Shown: piece by piece, positions 44,956 to 55,871 of the stretch
Position numbering within the stretch: position 1 is the stretch's first letter
How the letters are laid out: each line of letters starts with the position of its first letter
DNA from: an uncultured candidate division Zixibacteria bacterium
GTDB lineage: Bacteria; Zixibacteria; MSB-5A5; GN15; PGXB01
Direction of reading: 5' to 3'
DNA length: 64,000 nucleotides
Assembly: GCA_963702205.1 (NCBI GenBank)
Contig: OY969724.1
Span: 2,208,001-2,272,000 of the forward strand
Notes under the pieces: generated by a model
Told to the model about the DNA's origin: nothing
Databases searched by the model: none
What the model saw: the letters and a program-made list of their open reading frames with translations, nothing else
Made by a program: the position numbers and the translations under genes

Positions 44956-45768
44956 ATGAGCAAAAATCTGATTCTTCGCATTACCGTCGCAGCCATATTC
45001 GGCCCGCTGATTATCTGGATCGGCTATCGTGGCGGTTGGTGGCTTATCGGGATGGTGCTGTTATTTGCCGCTTTGGGGCTTGGGGAATACCTCCGGCAGT
45101 TAAAAGACAAGCTGCCGAGCCATCTCAGAGCAGTAGTTTTTATCTTGACCTTGGGCGCGGTCTATGCTGCGGTCAAGATGTCAGATCAGCTTTCTTTATT
45201 TTTGCTCACCGGGCTGTTTTTGTGTATAGGAATGGCTCAGGCGGTGCAGAAAAAGATCCCGGCGGAACTGTTCAACAGTACGGTCGTCGCTTTCTGGGGA
45301 GCGGCATATATCGGATTCCTGTATCCTTTCGTTTACAAGATTCGGCAAGTTTACCCGGAGCAGGGCGGTCATTGGTTTTTATTCCTTTTGGGGACGCTCT
45401 GGCTGGCCGATACCATGGCTATGGGGGTTGGCAAAGCCATCGGCAAACATAAATTCGCACCAACTGTATCGCCCAATAAAACGGTCGAGGGATTTTTCGG
45501 AGGATTGCTCGGCGGCATAATTGTCGCCGTCATCATGCGCCTGTGGTTGCTTTCCAATATTGACTGGTGGGTGCTGATCGTCGCCGGTCTGATAGTGTCA
45601 CTGGTCGGGCAGTTGGGTGACCTGGTGGAATCGATGTGGAAGCGCTCCTATGGTATTAAAGATTCTTCGGCGATTATTCCCGGGCACGGCGGCGTCCTTG
45701 ACCGTTTCGATTCTCTACTTTTTGCGGCTCCGGCCCTGTACTGGTTTTTGAAATTCATTGCACCTTAA
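44956..45768 (+). CDS. cdsA: Phosphatidate cytidylyltransferase
   Basis: SPNKTVEG, GDLVES..KR..IKDS..IPGHGGVLDRFDS. Confidence 0.95.
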   Translation: MSKNLILRITVAAIFGPLIIWIGYRGGWWLIGMVLLFAALGLGEYLRQLKDKLPSHLRAVVFILTLGAVYAAVKMSDQLSLFLLTGLFLCIGMAQAVQKKIPAELFNSTVVAFWGAAYIGFLYPFVYKIRQVYPEQGGHWFLFLLGTLWLADTMAMGVGKAIGKHKFAPTVSPNKTVEGFFGGLLGGIIVAVIMRLWLLSNIDWWVLIVAGLIVSLVGQLGDLVESMWKRSYGIKDSSAIIPGHGGVLDRFDSLLFAAPALYWFLKFIAP

Positions 45769-46681
45769 AGTTTGTGAGGGTCCGGTAAAAATTCTGGATT
45801 TTATATTCGCCGCGCGACCCATGCTGCACATCCCCGTCTGGACCATATACTTATTATCACTGCGCGCTTTTGGTCGGGGTCATTTATTACTGCTCGATTT
45901 TCTGCTAATAGCCGCCCTGAGTTTTAACGCGGCCGGGGCTTATTATATTAATCAGATTTTTGACTATCATAGCGACCTTATAAACGAAAAAGTCGGCTTT
46001 CTGCAAAAAGGACTGCTGAGCAAAAAGTCGTTGAAAATCGCAGCCGTGATAGTCCTGGTACTATCATCCGTTTTGGCTCTTTGGGTCAATCTTCAGGCGG
46101 GGATTGTTAATCTCGTGTTACTGATTTTCGGCTTGTTATATTCCATGCCTCCGGCCCGGCTCAAAGACCGGCCGATACTGGGGCTGCTGGCCAACGGCAT
46201 CGGGTTCGGAATTCTGATACCTCTGATTGCCGCGTTTGCCATTGGGACTATATCCGAAAGCACTACTTGGCCCTGTCTGTTCTTCCTGCTGACGGTCGGT
46301 GCGGCGCACCTGATGACAATCATCCCCGATCGTGTCGGCGACATTGCGGCAGGGAAGAAAACTCTGGCGTTTTATCTGTCCGACAAGAAAATCATATATC
46401 TTGCCTCGATATTCATGCTGCTGGCTATATTACCGTCAATACTTATGGTTAATGTATTTATGATACTCATCTGCGTATCGACCTTCATATTATTAATGGT
46501 CGCGATATCAGTCGAACAAACGCGGGTTCTATTGTTCGCCTGCAAATTCCCAATTCTATTACTGTCATTGCTGGCCGGATATTATTATCCGATTTATTTT
46601 ATTTTTCTGGTTGTCATCCTGATGTCAACTCGCATATATTATATCAGGAGACAAAAAATTGTATACCCGAGGATCAGTTAG
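45758..46681 (+). CDS. UbiA family prenyltransferase
   Basis: NQIFDYHSD, YSMPPARLKDRP, PDRVGD..AGKKT; many TM segments; start uncertain. Confidence 0.82.
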   Translation: MHLKVCEGPVKILDFIFAARPMLHIPVWTIYLLSLRAFGRGHLLLLDFLLIAALSFNAAGAYYINQIFDYHSDLINEKVGFLQKGLLSKKSLKIAAVIVLVLSSVLALWVNLQAGIVNLVLLIFGLLYSMPPARLKDRPILGLLANGIGFGILIPLIAAFAIGTISESTTWPCLFFLLTVGAAHLMTIIPDRVGDIAAGKKTLAFYLSDKKIIYLASIFMLLAILPSILMVNVFMILICVSTFILLMVAISVEQTRVLLFACKFPILLLSLLAGYYYPIYFIFLVVILMSTRIYYIRRQKIVYPRIS

Positions 46682-47222
46682 GTTATATTCGGCGCTGGCG
46701 CTGGTGTGTCTTTTCATTCTTTCAGGATGCACTACCACCGTCCCTCGCTACCGCCAGGGCAGTGAGGAAACCCAGAACGATTCGCACAAATCACAAAAAG
46801 AACAAAAAGTCCTCGAATACCGCACCAACGAATTTTCCCAACTTCGAACCATAGATTTAATCAAACTCGGCATGATTATTCAATCCCATCTGGGAGTACC
46901 GTACGCCGGCACCTCGCGCTACGTAAAAGGGCTCGATTGCAGCGAATTTGTCCAAAACGTATTTGAGGAGTTCAACCGCACCGCTCTTTCCCGTACGGCC
47001 GCCAATCAGTTCAAGCAGGGTCACAAAATCGAGCGCGGACATCTGCGTTACGGTGACCTGGTATTTTTCCGCACCGAAGGTCGGAGCATATCGCACGTGG
47101 GGATTTATGTCGGCTATGACGAATTCGTGCACTCGTCATCGTCGTCGGGCGTCATTGTTTCCGGCATGCAGGAAAGTTACTGGCGCAAGCGTTTCGCCGG
47201 AGCGCGACGCGTCATTGATTAA
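46659..47222 (+). CDS. NlpC/P60 (C40) peptidoglycan hydrolase lipoprotein
   Basis: Lipobox LSGC; GLDCS, GDLVFF, HVGIY, FVH; start uncertain. Confidence 0.88.
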   Translation: MYTRGSVRLYSALALVCLFILSGCTTTVPRYRQGSEETQNDSHKSQKEQKVLEYRTNEFSQLRTIDLIKLGMIIQSHLGVPYAGTSRYVKGLDCSEFVQNVFEEFNRTALSRTAANQFKQGHKIERGHLRYGDLVFFRTEGRSISHVGIYVGYDEFVHSSSSSGVIVSGMQESYWRKRFAGARRVID

Positions 47223-47257
47223 CCCTCAACGCGGCTATTTTACGTATAATAAATGAC

Positions 47258-49081
47258 ATGCGATTGAATGAGACTCTAAAGCTGAAGCTGAAAAACCTGC
47301 CGACAAATCCGGGTGTCTATTTATTCAAGGACAAGACGGGGAAAATTATTTATGTCGGCAAGGCCAAAAATCTGAGAAACCGGGTCCGTACCTATTTCCA
47401 GAGTCCTGAAAAGCACGATCCCAAAACCGGGCGACTGGTTGCCGGGATTCACGATTTCGATCTCATGGTGACCGACTCGGAAATCGAGGCGCTGATTCTC
47501 GAGGCCAACCTCGTCAAAGAATACCACCCGCGCTACAACGTGAATCTTAAAGACGATAAACATTTTCCGTATATAAAAATTACCGTAAAGGACACATACC
47601 CCCGCGTCCTTATCGTTCGCCGGTTGGAAAACGACGGCTCCCGCTATTTTGGTCCGTACACCAACGCTACCGGCATGAGACGGACGATTAACTTCCTGAC
47701 TCGCCTGTTTAAAATTCGTGCCTGCAACCTGGTCATCCCTCATCCTCAGGGCAAAGCACTGAAGGTCTGCCTCGATTACAGGATTGGCCTGTGCGGTGGG
47801 CCGTGCGAAGGGCTCGTATCGGAAAAAGTATATCGTGAACATATCGACAATATCATCATGTTTTTATCCGGTCGGGCCGAGACCATGATCGATAATCTGC
47901 GCAAAAAAATGGAATTGTGCTCGAAACGCATGGAGTTCGAGCAGGCCGCCGAAATCCGCGACCAGATCGACGCGCTCGAATCCGTCCGGCACAAGCAAAA
48001 GGTCGACGTTGGCAAACTGATCAGCCGGGACATTATCGCCTGCGCCCGCGAGGAACGGGAAATTGTGGCGGTCGTACTGCAGGTCCGGGAAGGCGTTCTG
48101 ATCGGCCGCCAGGATTTTCGACTGACCGCCGAAACCGATGAATCCAACGACGACGTCATCTCGGGCTTCGTCCGTCAGTACTATAACCATCAGCAGGACT
48201 TGCCGCAGGAAATTTACCTGCCTCTGGCGCTGGCCGATGAGAAACTGATCGGGCGGTGGTTGAGAAAGAAAGAGGGGAAGATCGTCAAGCTGTTTACGCC
48301 TCAGAAAGGCGAGAAGCTCAAACTGGTCGATCTGGCTTCAACCAATGCCAGGCTCCTGCTGGATGAACTCCTGATCCAAAAAAAAGGGTACAAAGAACGA
48401 ATCGCCGGATCGGTTCAGGCGTTGAAAGACGATTTGCATATGGACCGGTCACCCCAAACTATCGCCTGCGTGGACATTTCCAATACCGGCCAGACCGATG
48501 CGGTCGGGTCGCTGGTGTACTTCAGCAATGGTAAACCGTACAAGTCCGAATATCGGCATTTTAAAATAAAGCAGGTGGCCGGACAGGATGACTTCGCCAT
48601 GATGCGGGAAATAATCGGCCGCTATTTCTTTCGTCTCAAGGATGAAAAGAAAAAACCGCCTGATTTGTTGGTGGTCGACGGCGGCAAGGGCCAGCTTTCG
48701 TCAGTTATGAAAGAATTGGCAACGCTCGATTTCAATGACCAGATTGTTATCGGGCTGGCCAAGCGTTTCGAGGAAATCTATTTCACCGGAAGAAAAGAAC
48801 CGCTGACCCTGCCGAGGTCATCGCCCGGGCTGGGGCTTCTAAAGCGAATCCGCGATGAGGCACACCGGTTCGCAATCGAGTACAACCGCAAGGTTCGGTC
48901 GAAAAGGACCATACAATCATCTCTGGATAAGCTCGATGGCATAGGACCAAAACGGCGGGAAATCCTGCTCAAGCATTTCGGTTCGGTTAAAAAGATTAAA
49001 GAGGCGTCGCTGGATGACCTCGTGGCCGTCAAGGGCATTCCCAAAACGGTTGCGGAAAAAATATACCGGTCGAATCATTAG
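47258..49081 (+). CDS. uvrC: Excinuclease ABC subunit C
   Basis: PGVY..IYVGKAKNL (GIY-YIG), FEQAAEIRD, DGGKGQ, RDEAHRFA, HhH GIGPK. Confidence 0.97.
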   Translation: MRLNETLKLKLKNLPTNPGVYLFKDKTGKIIYVGKAKNLRNRVRTYFQSPEKHDPKTGRLVAGIHDFDLMVTDSEIEALILEANLVKEYHPRYNVNLKDDKHFPYIKITVKDTYPRVLIVRRLENDGSRYFGPYTNATGMRRTINFLTRLFKIRACNLVIPHPQGKALKVCLDYRIGLCGGPCEGLVSEKVYREHIDNIIMFLSGRAETMIDNLRKKMELCSKRMEFEQAAEIRDQIDALESVRHKQKVDVGKLISRDIIACAREEREIVAVVLQVREGVLIGRQDFRLTAETDESNDDVISGFVRQYYNHQQDLPQEIYLPLALADEKLIGRWLRKKEGKIVKLFTPQKGEKLKLVDLASTNARLLLDELLIQKKGYKERIAGSVQALKDDLHMDRSPQTIACVDISNTGQTDAVGSLVYFSNGKPYKSEYRHFKIKQVAGQDDFAMMREIIGRYFFRLKDEKKKPPDLLVVDGGKGQLSSVMKELATLDFNDQIVIGLAKRFEEIYFTGRKEPLTLPRSSPGLGLLKRIRDEAHRFAIEYNRKVRSKRTIQSSLDKLDGIGPKRREILLKHFGSVKKIKEASLDDLVAVKGIPKTVAEKIYRSNH

Positions 49082-49139
49082 ATGATAAACGCGATATTAA
49101 ATTCCTTGCACTTATAAGATATTGAGCTTATAAAACGAT

Positions 49140-50354
49140 ATGGCAGGATACGAAAATAAAACCTATACGGTCACGGCCATCACCCGGTTGATCAAGCACA
49201 CGCTCGAAGAATCCTTCGAGCCGGTCTGGGTCGAAGGTGAACTGTCCAATTATATTCATCATTCATCGGGTCATTGTTACATGACTCTCAAAGATGAAAA
49301 CGCCGCGCTTCGCGTGGTCATGTGGCGCTCGGTGGGGCAGTATCTTAAGTTTGAACCGGAAAACGGGATGCAGATTCGGGTCTATGGTGATCTGACCGTC
49401 TATGAAAAATCCGGCCAGTATCAGCTCATGGCCCGGCAGATGGCGCCGGTCGGTGTCGGAGAACTTGAAATCGCCTTCAGGCAGTTGTATGAAAAACTTT
49501 CCAAAGAAGGCTTGTTCGAGCCGGAGCGCAAAAGGGCTTTGCCGCTCTTCCCGATGAAAGTCGGTGTTGTGACGTCACCCACCGGGGCGGCCATACGCGA
49601 CATTATCCAAATCGCCGGTCGCCGCAACGATACGATTCAACTGGTGATTTATCCAGCCCTCGTTCAGGGTGACGGGGCCGCTGAAACAATCAAAGCCGGG
49701 ATAGAATATTTCAATATTCGCGATGATATAGATGTCATAATAACCGGTCGTGGCGGAGGATCGCTCGAAGATTTGTGGGCATTTAACGAAGAAGTCACCG
49801 TACGAGCAATTGTCGCGTCCAAAATCCCCGTGGTTTCAGCCGTCGGGCATGAAATTGACACGACGCTTTCTGATATGGCCGCCGACCTCCGCGCCCCGAC
49901 CCCGTCGGCCGCCGCCGAACTGGTGATCTGGGATAAACAGGATTTTCAGGCCGAGATAACCGGATTTATGGATCGTTGCGCCTTTAGCATTGAAAAATCG
50001 GTCCATTTCCAGAGAGATGCGCTGCGCCGCAATATTAGCCGGACAGTTTACCGTCGACCCGAAAGCCTGATCTATGAGCGGCATCAGCAACTCGATAACG
50101 TCTTACGAGCTTTCGACTTTGCCTCAAAAAACAATTTGGAAATCCATAAAAACGCCGTATCTTTGGCCGTGTCCCGGCTGGAGTCGTTGTCGCCTTTGTC
50201 AATACTGGCAAGGGGTTATGCCGTAATCCGGAAACTGCCGGAGGCCGAGACGGTTAAAACTGTGCGACAGGTGAAAACGGGGCAGGAGTTGGAAATTATT
50301 TTGACCGACGGCAAAATATTGAGCGAAACCAAAAAAATATCCAGAACAAAGTAA
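49140..50354 (+). CDS. xseA: Exodeoxyribonuclease VII large subunit
   Basis: WVEGELSN, SGH.Y.TLKD, RGGGSLEDLWAFN, GHEID, APTPSAAAE, ILARGY. Confidence 0.96.
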   Translation: MAGYENKTYTVTAITRLIKHTLEESFEPVWVEGELSNYIHHSSGHCYMTLKDENAALRVVMWRSVGQYLKFEPENGMQIRVYGDLTVYEKSGQYQLMARQMAPVGVGELEIAFRQLYEKLSKEGLFEPERKRALPLFPMKVGVVTSPTGAAIRDIIQIAGRRNDTIQLVIYPALVQGDGAAETIKAGIEYFNIRDDIDVIITGRGGGSLEDLWAFNEEVTVRAIVASKIPVVSAVGHEIDTTLSDMAADLRAPTPSAAAELVIWDKQDFQAEITGFMDRCAFSIEKSVHFQRDALRRNISRTVYRRPESLIYERHQQLDNVLRAFDFASKNNLEIHKNAVSLAVSRLESLSPLSILARGYAVIRKLPEAETVKTVRQVKTGQELEIILTDGKILSETKKISRTK

Positions 50355-50606
50355 ATGACTCCCACCAGGAAGAAACATAAAGACTTCGAGACGGCTCTCA
50401 TTCGTTTGGAAGAAATCACCGAGCTTCTTGAATCGGGCGATACCAAGCTCGAAGAAGCTCTGGAGCTTTATACCGAAGGGGTCGAAATTGCCGTATTTTG
50501 TGCCGGCAAGTTGAAAGACGCCGAAAAGAAAATCAGTGTGCTCAAGAAGAAGGGCGAAGAACTCCTGGAAGTTCCCTTCGATAACTCCGAAGAAATCGAG
50601 AATTAG
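50355..50606 (+). CDS. xseB: Exodeoxyribonuclease VII small subunit
   Basis: FETAL.RLEEI...LE.G...LEEAL.LY.EG. Confidence 0.93.
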   Translation: MTPTRKKHKDFETALIRLEEITELLESGDTKLEEALELYTEGVEIAVFCAGKLKDAEKKISVLKKKGEELLEVPFDNSEEIEN

Positions 50607-50615
50607 GCGGCTTTG

Positions 50616-51500
50616 ATGGTTCAAAGTATGACCGACCCGGATATTGCATATTTGAAAAACAGGCAGGCCGACGTCGACCGCCTGCTCGATCACTATCTGC
50701 CGCCCGCCGAAACCTACCCGCAGGTTCTTCATCAGGCGATGCGTTATTCGGTTTTGGCCGGAGGCAAACGCCTGCGGCCGATACTGGCGATTACGGCGTA
50801 CGAATCCTTCGGAGGAGCCGATTCCGAGATTATCAATCCCGCCGCCTGTGCGCTCGAATATATTCATACTTATTCTTTAATCCACGATGATCTTCCATGC
50901 ATGGACGATGATGACCTTCGTCGCGGGCAGCCCACGCTTCATAAAAAATTCGATGAAGCCACGGCCGTTTTGGCTGGAGATGCTCTTCACGATCTGGCTT
51001 TCGAGCTGATGGCCCGCGCCGGTTCGGCCCGGGCGGTCGAGGAACTGGCCCGCGCGATCGGTACGGAGGGAATGATCGGGGGGCAGGTCGCCGACGTGGC
51101 GGCCGAGGGCAAAGGTGTTACTCTCGACGATATAGTCTATATACACACGCACAAAACCGGGGCGCTTATCCGGGGGAGTCTCCGCATCGGGGCTATTCTG
51201 GCCGGTGTCGATGAGCCGATTCTCAAAAAGCTGTCTTTGTATGGCGAAAAAATCGGGCTTGCTTTTCAGATCGTCGATGATATTCTTGATGAAAAGGGCG
51301 ACCAAAAAGAATTGGGAAAGAAAATAGGCTCGGATCGTAAAAACAAAAAGGCCACATACCCGGGAACGGTCGGTTTGAAAAGGGCCGGAGAAGACGCCGG
51401 GAGGCTTATAGATGAAGCCGTCGATATATGCCGCCAATTCGACCTGCAGGACAATTACTTTGAAATGATCGCCCGCTTTATCGGGCAGAGACGCCATTGA
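50616..51500 (+). CDS. ispA: Farnesyl/geranylgeranyl diphosphate synthase
   Basis: GGKRLRP, IHTYSLIHDDLPCMDDDDLRRG, KTGAL, FQIVDDILD. Confidence 0.93.
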   Translation: MVQSMTDPDIAYLKNRQADVDRLLDHYLPPAETYPQVLHQAMRYSVLAGGKRLRPILAITAYESFGGADSEIINPAACALEYIHTYSLIHDDLPCMDDDDLRRGQPTLHKKFDEATAVLAGDALHDLAFELMARAGSARAVEELARAIGTEGMIGGQVADVAAEGKGVTLDDIVYIHTHKTGALIRGSLRIGAILAGVDEPILKKLSLYGEKIGLAFQIVDDILDEKGDQKELGKKIGSDRKNKKATYPGTVGLKRAGEDAGRLIDEAVDICRQFDLQDNYFEMIARFIGQRRH

Positions 51501-53468
51501 TGTCTATTTTGAAAAACATAAAGGAGTCGGCCGACGTCCGCCTGATCCCCGACGAAATGCTGGACGAACTGGCCGAGGAAATCCGTCAGGATATTCTCAG
51601 CTTCGTGTCCGAAACCGGTGGACACGTGGCGTCGAATCTCGGTATTGTCGAACTGACCATCGCATTGCACCGTGCATTTGATATTCCCCGGGACAAAATC
51701 GTTTGGGACGTCGGGCATCAGTGCTATGTGCACAAAATGCTGACGGGGCGTGCCGAACAGATGCGCAATCTCCGGCAGTACAAAGGTGTCGCGGGTTTCC
51801 CCAAGCGGTCCGAATCACCGGCCGATGCTTTCGGCGCCGGGCACGCTTCGACTTCGATATCAGCCGCGCTGGGTCTGGCCGCCGCGCGGGACCATCTCGG
51901 TGAGAATTATAAAGTGATTGCAGTCATCGGTGACGGCGCACTCACCGGCGGACTCGCCTACGAAGGTCTGAACAATGCCGGGGCGATGAAGAAAGACATT
52001 CTGGTCGTTCTCAACGAAAACGATATGTCCATCTCCAAAAATGTCGGGGCCATGGCGAAGTATCTGACCAACATAATGGCCGACCAAAGGTTTAATAAAC
52101 TTCGTGATGAAGTCTGGGAACTGACCGGTCGGTTCAAGCGCCGCGATAAGATCCGGTCGCTGGTATCGCAGCTCGAAGATTCGTTCAAGGGACTGTTTGT
52201 CCCCGGCTACCTGTTCGACAAACTCGGCTTCAGGTATTTCGGACCGATCGACGGCCACGATATTCCGCTGATTACCAAGACCCTTAATCAGGTAAAAAAC
52301 CTGTCCGGCCCGCTTTTGTTGCATGTCCTTACCAAAAAGGGAAAGGGGTACAAGCCGGCCGAATCAGATGCCACTAAATTCCACGGCATCGGGGCTTTTG
52401 ATAAAGTAACCGGTAAAACCAATTCCGATGGATCGCTGCCGTCGTACACGAAAATATTCGGCGAGACGATGGTCGAACTGGCCGAAAAGGACAAGCGCGT
52501 TGTGGCGATCACGGCCGCGATGACATCGGGCGTCGGGTTGAACAAATTCGCCGAAAAATTTCCCGACCGGTTTTACGACGTTGGTATCGCCGAAGCGCAC
52601 GCCGCCTGCTTTGCCGCCGCTCTGGCGACCGAAGATATCCGACCGTTCGTGGCTATATATTCCACATTTTTGCAGAGAGCGTACGATCAGATTATCCACG
52701 ATGCTGCTCTCCAGAAACTGCCGGTCGTGTACCTGCATCGACCGTGCCGGGCTGGTTGGCGAGGACGGTCCGACTCATCACGGTTGCTTCGATGTGTCGT
52801 ACTTGTCGACTGTGCCGGGGGTAAGCATTCTCTGTCCGAAGGATGGCGATGAATTCCGATCCATGCTGCATTTGCTGACGGACAGAAAGCTCGAGGGCCC
52901 TTGCGCCATACGTTACCCCCGCGCCAAGATTCCTTATAATATGACCAAACTGATCGACCCGATTGAATGGGGCAAATGGGAGCTGCTTCATGGGGAAGGG
53001 GAGACGGTTGTAATCGCCACCGGAACCATGGTGGACGTCGCCATGAAGACCTGGAAAATTGTCGATAACGCCTTGCCCCTGTCGGTCATAAACGCGCGAT
53101 TTTTGAAACCTTTGGACACTGAAATGCTCGATGAATGTCTCGATAAGTACAAATGTATCGTGACGATTGAAGAAAACAGTTTGATCGGCGGCTTGGGGCA
53201 GCAGGTTGGTGAGTACTTGAGCTCGCACGGTTACAAGGGGCAATTCAAAGCTATCGGGATTCGCGACAATTTTATCGAGCACGGCCATCGCAGCATTCTT
53301 CTGGAAAACATCGGCTTGACACCGGAGGCACTGGCCAACGCCTTGATGGACCTGGCCCCGATACGCAAAAGTTTTGTCAGCCGTCTGTCGTTTAAATCAT
53401 CCAGGAAAAACGGTCGCCCCGAATCGAAGAAAAATCATACTGCCGCTGTCAAAGCGGTCGGTGAATAA
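51500..53468 (+). CDS. dxs: 1-deoxy-D-xylulose-5-phosphate synthase, one extra base at 52732-52733
   Basis: GGHVASNLG, WDVGHQ, GHASTS, GDGA, DVGIAE, YSTFLQRAYDQ. Deleting one C gives [20 protein letters not shown], joining ORFs 51497-52852 and 52581-53468. Confidence 0.93.
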
Positions 53469-53469
53469 A

Positions 53470-54363
53470 ATGAGAATCGGAATCATCGCAAATCTGAACC
53501 GTCCCGACGCGGTCGTTGCCGTCAACAGGGTCATCGACTGGTGCAATAAGAAAGAATTTCCGGTCATCATAAGCGATGACATAAAAGACTCGATTCACTC
53601 CAATGTAAAGACGTCACCCCAGCGCGAACTTTGGAAGCATGCCGACATAATCGTTTCGCTCGGCGGCGACGGTACCATGCTCACCACGGTTCGGGTGCTG
53701 GATAAAAATCCCCGCCCAATTCTGGGAATAAACCTCGGCTCGCTCGGATTCTTGACGCAAATCGTCCCGGAAAAGCTCGAGGAAGCGCTCGAAAAAGTCG
53801 CCGCAAATGACTATAGTATTGAAGAGCGCATGGTCCTTAAGACCGAGATGATCAACGGTGACAATCTTGATTCACCGTACGCTCTTAATGAGGTGGTCGT
53901 CGACAAAGGCAGTATCTCGCGCGTAATCAATGTCAGTCTTTACGCCGACGGGGAATACATTTCATCATATAAAGCCGACGGTCTTCTGGTGGCGACACCG
54001 ACCGGGTCGACCGCCTATTCGCTGGCGGTCGGGGGACCGATCATAAATCCCGTCATGCAGGCGATGATTGTCTCGCCGATCTCACCGTTCTCGCTGACGT
54101 CACGGCCGATAATTTTCGCGCCGGATATCGAACTGGAAGTGCGCGTCCGCTCCGAACACGGCGACACTCTTTTAACCATCGACGGCCAGGTTGCCAGCAG
54201 CTTTTCACCGACCGGGACGCTTAAAATCCGACGGGCCGGGCACACGGCCAAATTCATCAAGCTGGCCGAAAATTCCTTCTATAGTATATTAAGGCAGAAA
54301 CTCCACTGGGGGCGGCTGCCCGTTGTCGACTACGAGAAGTTCGATTTTCACGAAAATTCCTGA
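53470..54363 (+). CDS. nadK: NAD kinase
   Basis: GGDGT, GINLGSLGFL, ALNE, DG..VATPTGSTAYSLAVGGP. Confidence 0.95.
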   Translation: MRIGIIANLNRPDAVVAVNRVIDWCNKKEFPVIISDDIKDSIHSNVKTSPQRELWKHADIIVSLGGDGTMLTTVRVLDKNPRPILGINLGSLGFLTQIVPEKLEEALEKVAANDYSIEERMVLKTEMINGDNLDSPYALNEVVVDKGSISRVINVSLYADGEYISSYKADGLLVATPTGSTAYSLAVGGPIINPVMQAMIVSPISPFSLTSRPIIFAPDIELEVRVRSEHGDTLLTIDGQVASSFSPTGTLKIRRAGHTAKFIKLAENSFYSILRQKLHWGRLPVVDYEKFDFHENS

Positions 54364-54466
54364 TTTTTTGAATTTTCCTAATATCCTAACAGTATTTAAA
54401 AAAGTGTTGCCCCAGAATGCATAAAAAAACTTTATTCCTATTATCCAATATAACCCGGAGGAAATT

Positions 54467-55192
54467 ATGGATGAACCAGTACAAATGCCAGTGACCGAAA
54501 GTCCGGCTCCCGAAAAGGGGCTTTCCTTTAAAGGCCTGTGGCAGGTCTTCTACGAGCCGACCGCGTTTTTCACAAAAATCAAAGACAATCCCAAAGTCCT
54601 GTGGCCCTGGCTTGTCGGAGTGATATTTATAGTCATCTTTTTGGCCGGTTCAGCGGATATTCTCGCCCGCATCCAGCTCGAAGCCGCCCGCGCGCAGGGG
54701 CAGAACATCCCTGAAAATATCCCGATGGCCGCGATCAAAATCCCGATGATAGTCGGCGGGGGGATATTATTTGGGCTGGTGCCTTTGATCTATGCCGGAA
54801 TTGCTATGTTCTGGGGCAATGTCGTTTTTGGCGGCCAGGCCACATATAAGCAGTTGCTGTGCGTGTCGGCTTATGCGCTTTTGATTTACTGCTTCGGTTC
54901 GTTGCTGCACCTTCCGATGGTGCTGGCCAAGGACAGCATGGCGGTGACCTACTCACCGGCCATTTTGGTTGCGGACCAGGGGATACAGAGCATCGCTTTT
55001 GTGGCCCTGTCCAAATTCGGCATTTTTAACATATGGGAATATTTCGCCTTTTCGATCGGCACCGGGGTGATGTATGGCTTCAAAAACAAGAACGGCTATA
55101 TAATCGGCCTTTTGACTCTGGGACTGATTTCGGCACTGCACGTCCTGACAACATGGATCGGCGCCGGTATGTCGGCTAACTTTGGGGGGTAA
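54467..55192 (+). CDS. Yip1-domain membrane protein
   Basis: VFYEPTAFF N-terminal motif, ~5 TM segments, FNIW; SD GGAGG. Confidence 0.75.
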   Translation: MDEPVQMPVTESPAPEKGLSFKGLWQVFYEPTAFFTKIKDNPKVLWPWLVGVIFIVIFLAGSADILARIQLEAARAQGQNIPENIPMAAIKIPMIVGGGILFGLVPLIYAGIAMFWGNVVFGGQATYKQLLCVSAYALLIYCFGSLLHLPMVLAKDSMAVTYSPAILVADQGIQSIAFVALSKFGIFNIWEYFAFSIGTGVMYGFKNKNGYIIGLLTLGLISALHVLTTWIGAGMSANFGG

Positions 55193-55274
55193 TAGAGCGC
55201 TTTGTATTATGAATGGGCTTGGCCAAAATTAATCTTGCCATTTTCATACTCTACACTTAATATATGACCCGCAA

Positions 55275-55347
55275 GCGGGAGTAACTCAGCTGGTAGAGTC
55301 ACAGCCTTCCAAGCTGTTGGTCGCGGGTTCGAGCCCCGTCTCCCGCT
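55275..55347 (+). tRNA. tRNA-Gly (TCC)
   Basis: Cloverleaf GCGGGAG...CTCCCGC; anticodon arm ACAGC-CTTCCAA-GCTGT; T loop TTCGAG; promoter TTGCCA-17-TAATAT at 55235-55263. Confidence 0.97.
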
Positions 55348-55680
55348 CTTTTTTTTGTACCATAGTCCTATGATTACATTTAAGGCCAAAAAATCAAGAT
55401 AGCAGAACTGCGTCACTCCGCTCGGGTTCTGCCCACAATAATATAAAACTACCGTAGAAACCGACTTCTCAACCGCGAAAGTCGGGCGTGCCAAACAGAT
55501 TTTAGACATGGATATTTTTCTTTCCTGAAACAATATTTAAAAAATATTGTAGTTTAATTGAACAATCGGCTCAAGGAGTCGGCAAACGTGCCGATAAAAC
55601 ACGGGATAAGCCGTATAAAAAATATGGGAATGGGCCTATACTTTTGGGCGAAAAAAACGTCGGGGGACAAAAAAATCCAC

Positions 55681-55708
55681 TTGACAAGCTTATAGGGCTG
55701 TCTATATT
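55681..55708 (+). promoter_or_regulatory. Promoter of the tRNA-Thr/tuf operon
   Basis: TTGACA-16 nt-TATATT. Confidence 0.55.
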
Positions 55709-55760
55709 GAGGGCTCGCCTTTTGGGGCGAGCTATACCTATTTTGGGCGAAATTGCGTAA

Positions 55761-55833
55761 GCCCAAGTAGCTCAGTTGGTAGAGCACATCCTTGGTAAGG
55801 ATGAGGTCACCGGTTCGATCCCGGTCTTGGGCT
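55761..55833 (+). tRNA. tRNA-Thr (GGT)
   Basis: GCCCAAG...CTTGGGC acceptor stem; CATCC-TTGGTAA-GGATG anticodon arm. Confidence 0.97.
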
Positions 55834-55871
55834 CATACATAATGAAAGAACGATTGGAAAGGTTTTTTCTT

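Noticed and set aside
51500..53468. dxs as a true pseudogene
   Set aside because: A single-base lesion at the recurrent motif with no other decay; a sequencing error is more parsimonious
55776..55871. N-terminal extensions of tuf (and likewise secE from 57145)
   Set aside because: They run through tRNA genes; the true starts are 55872 and 57205
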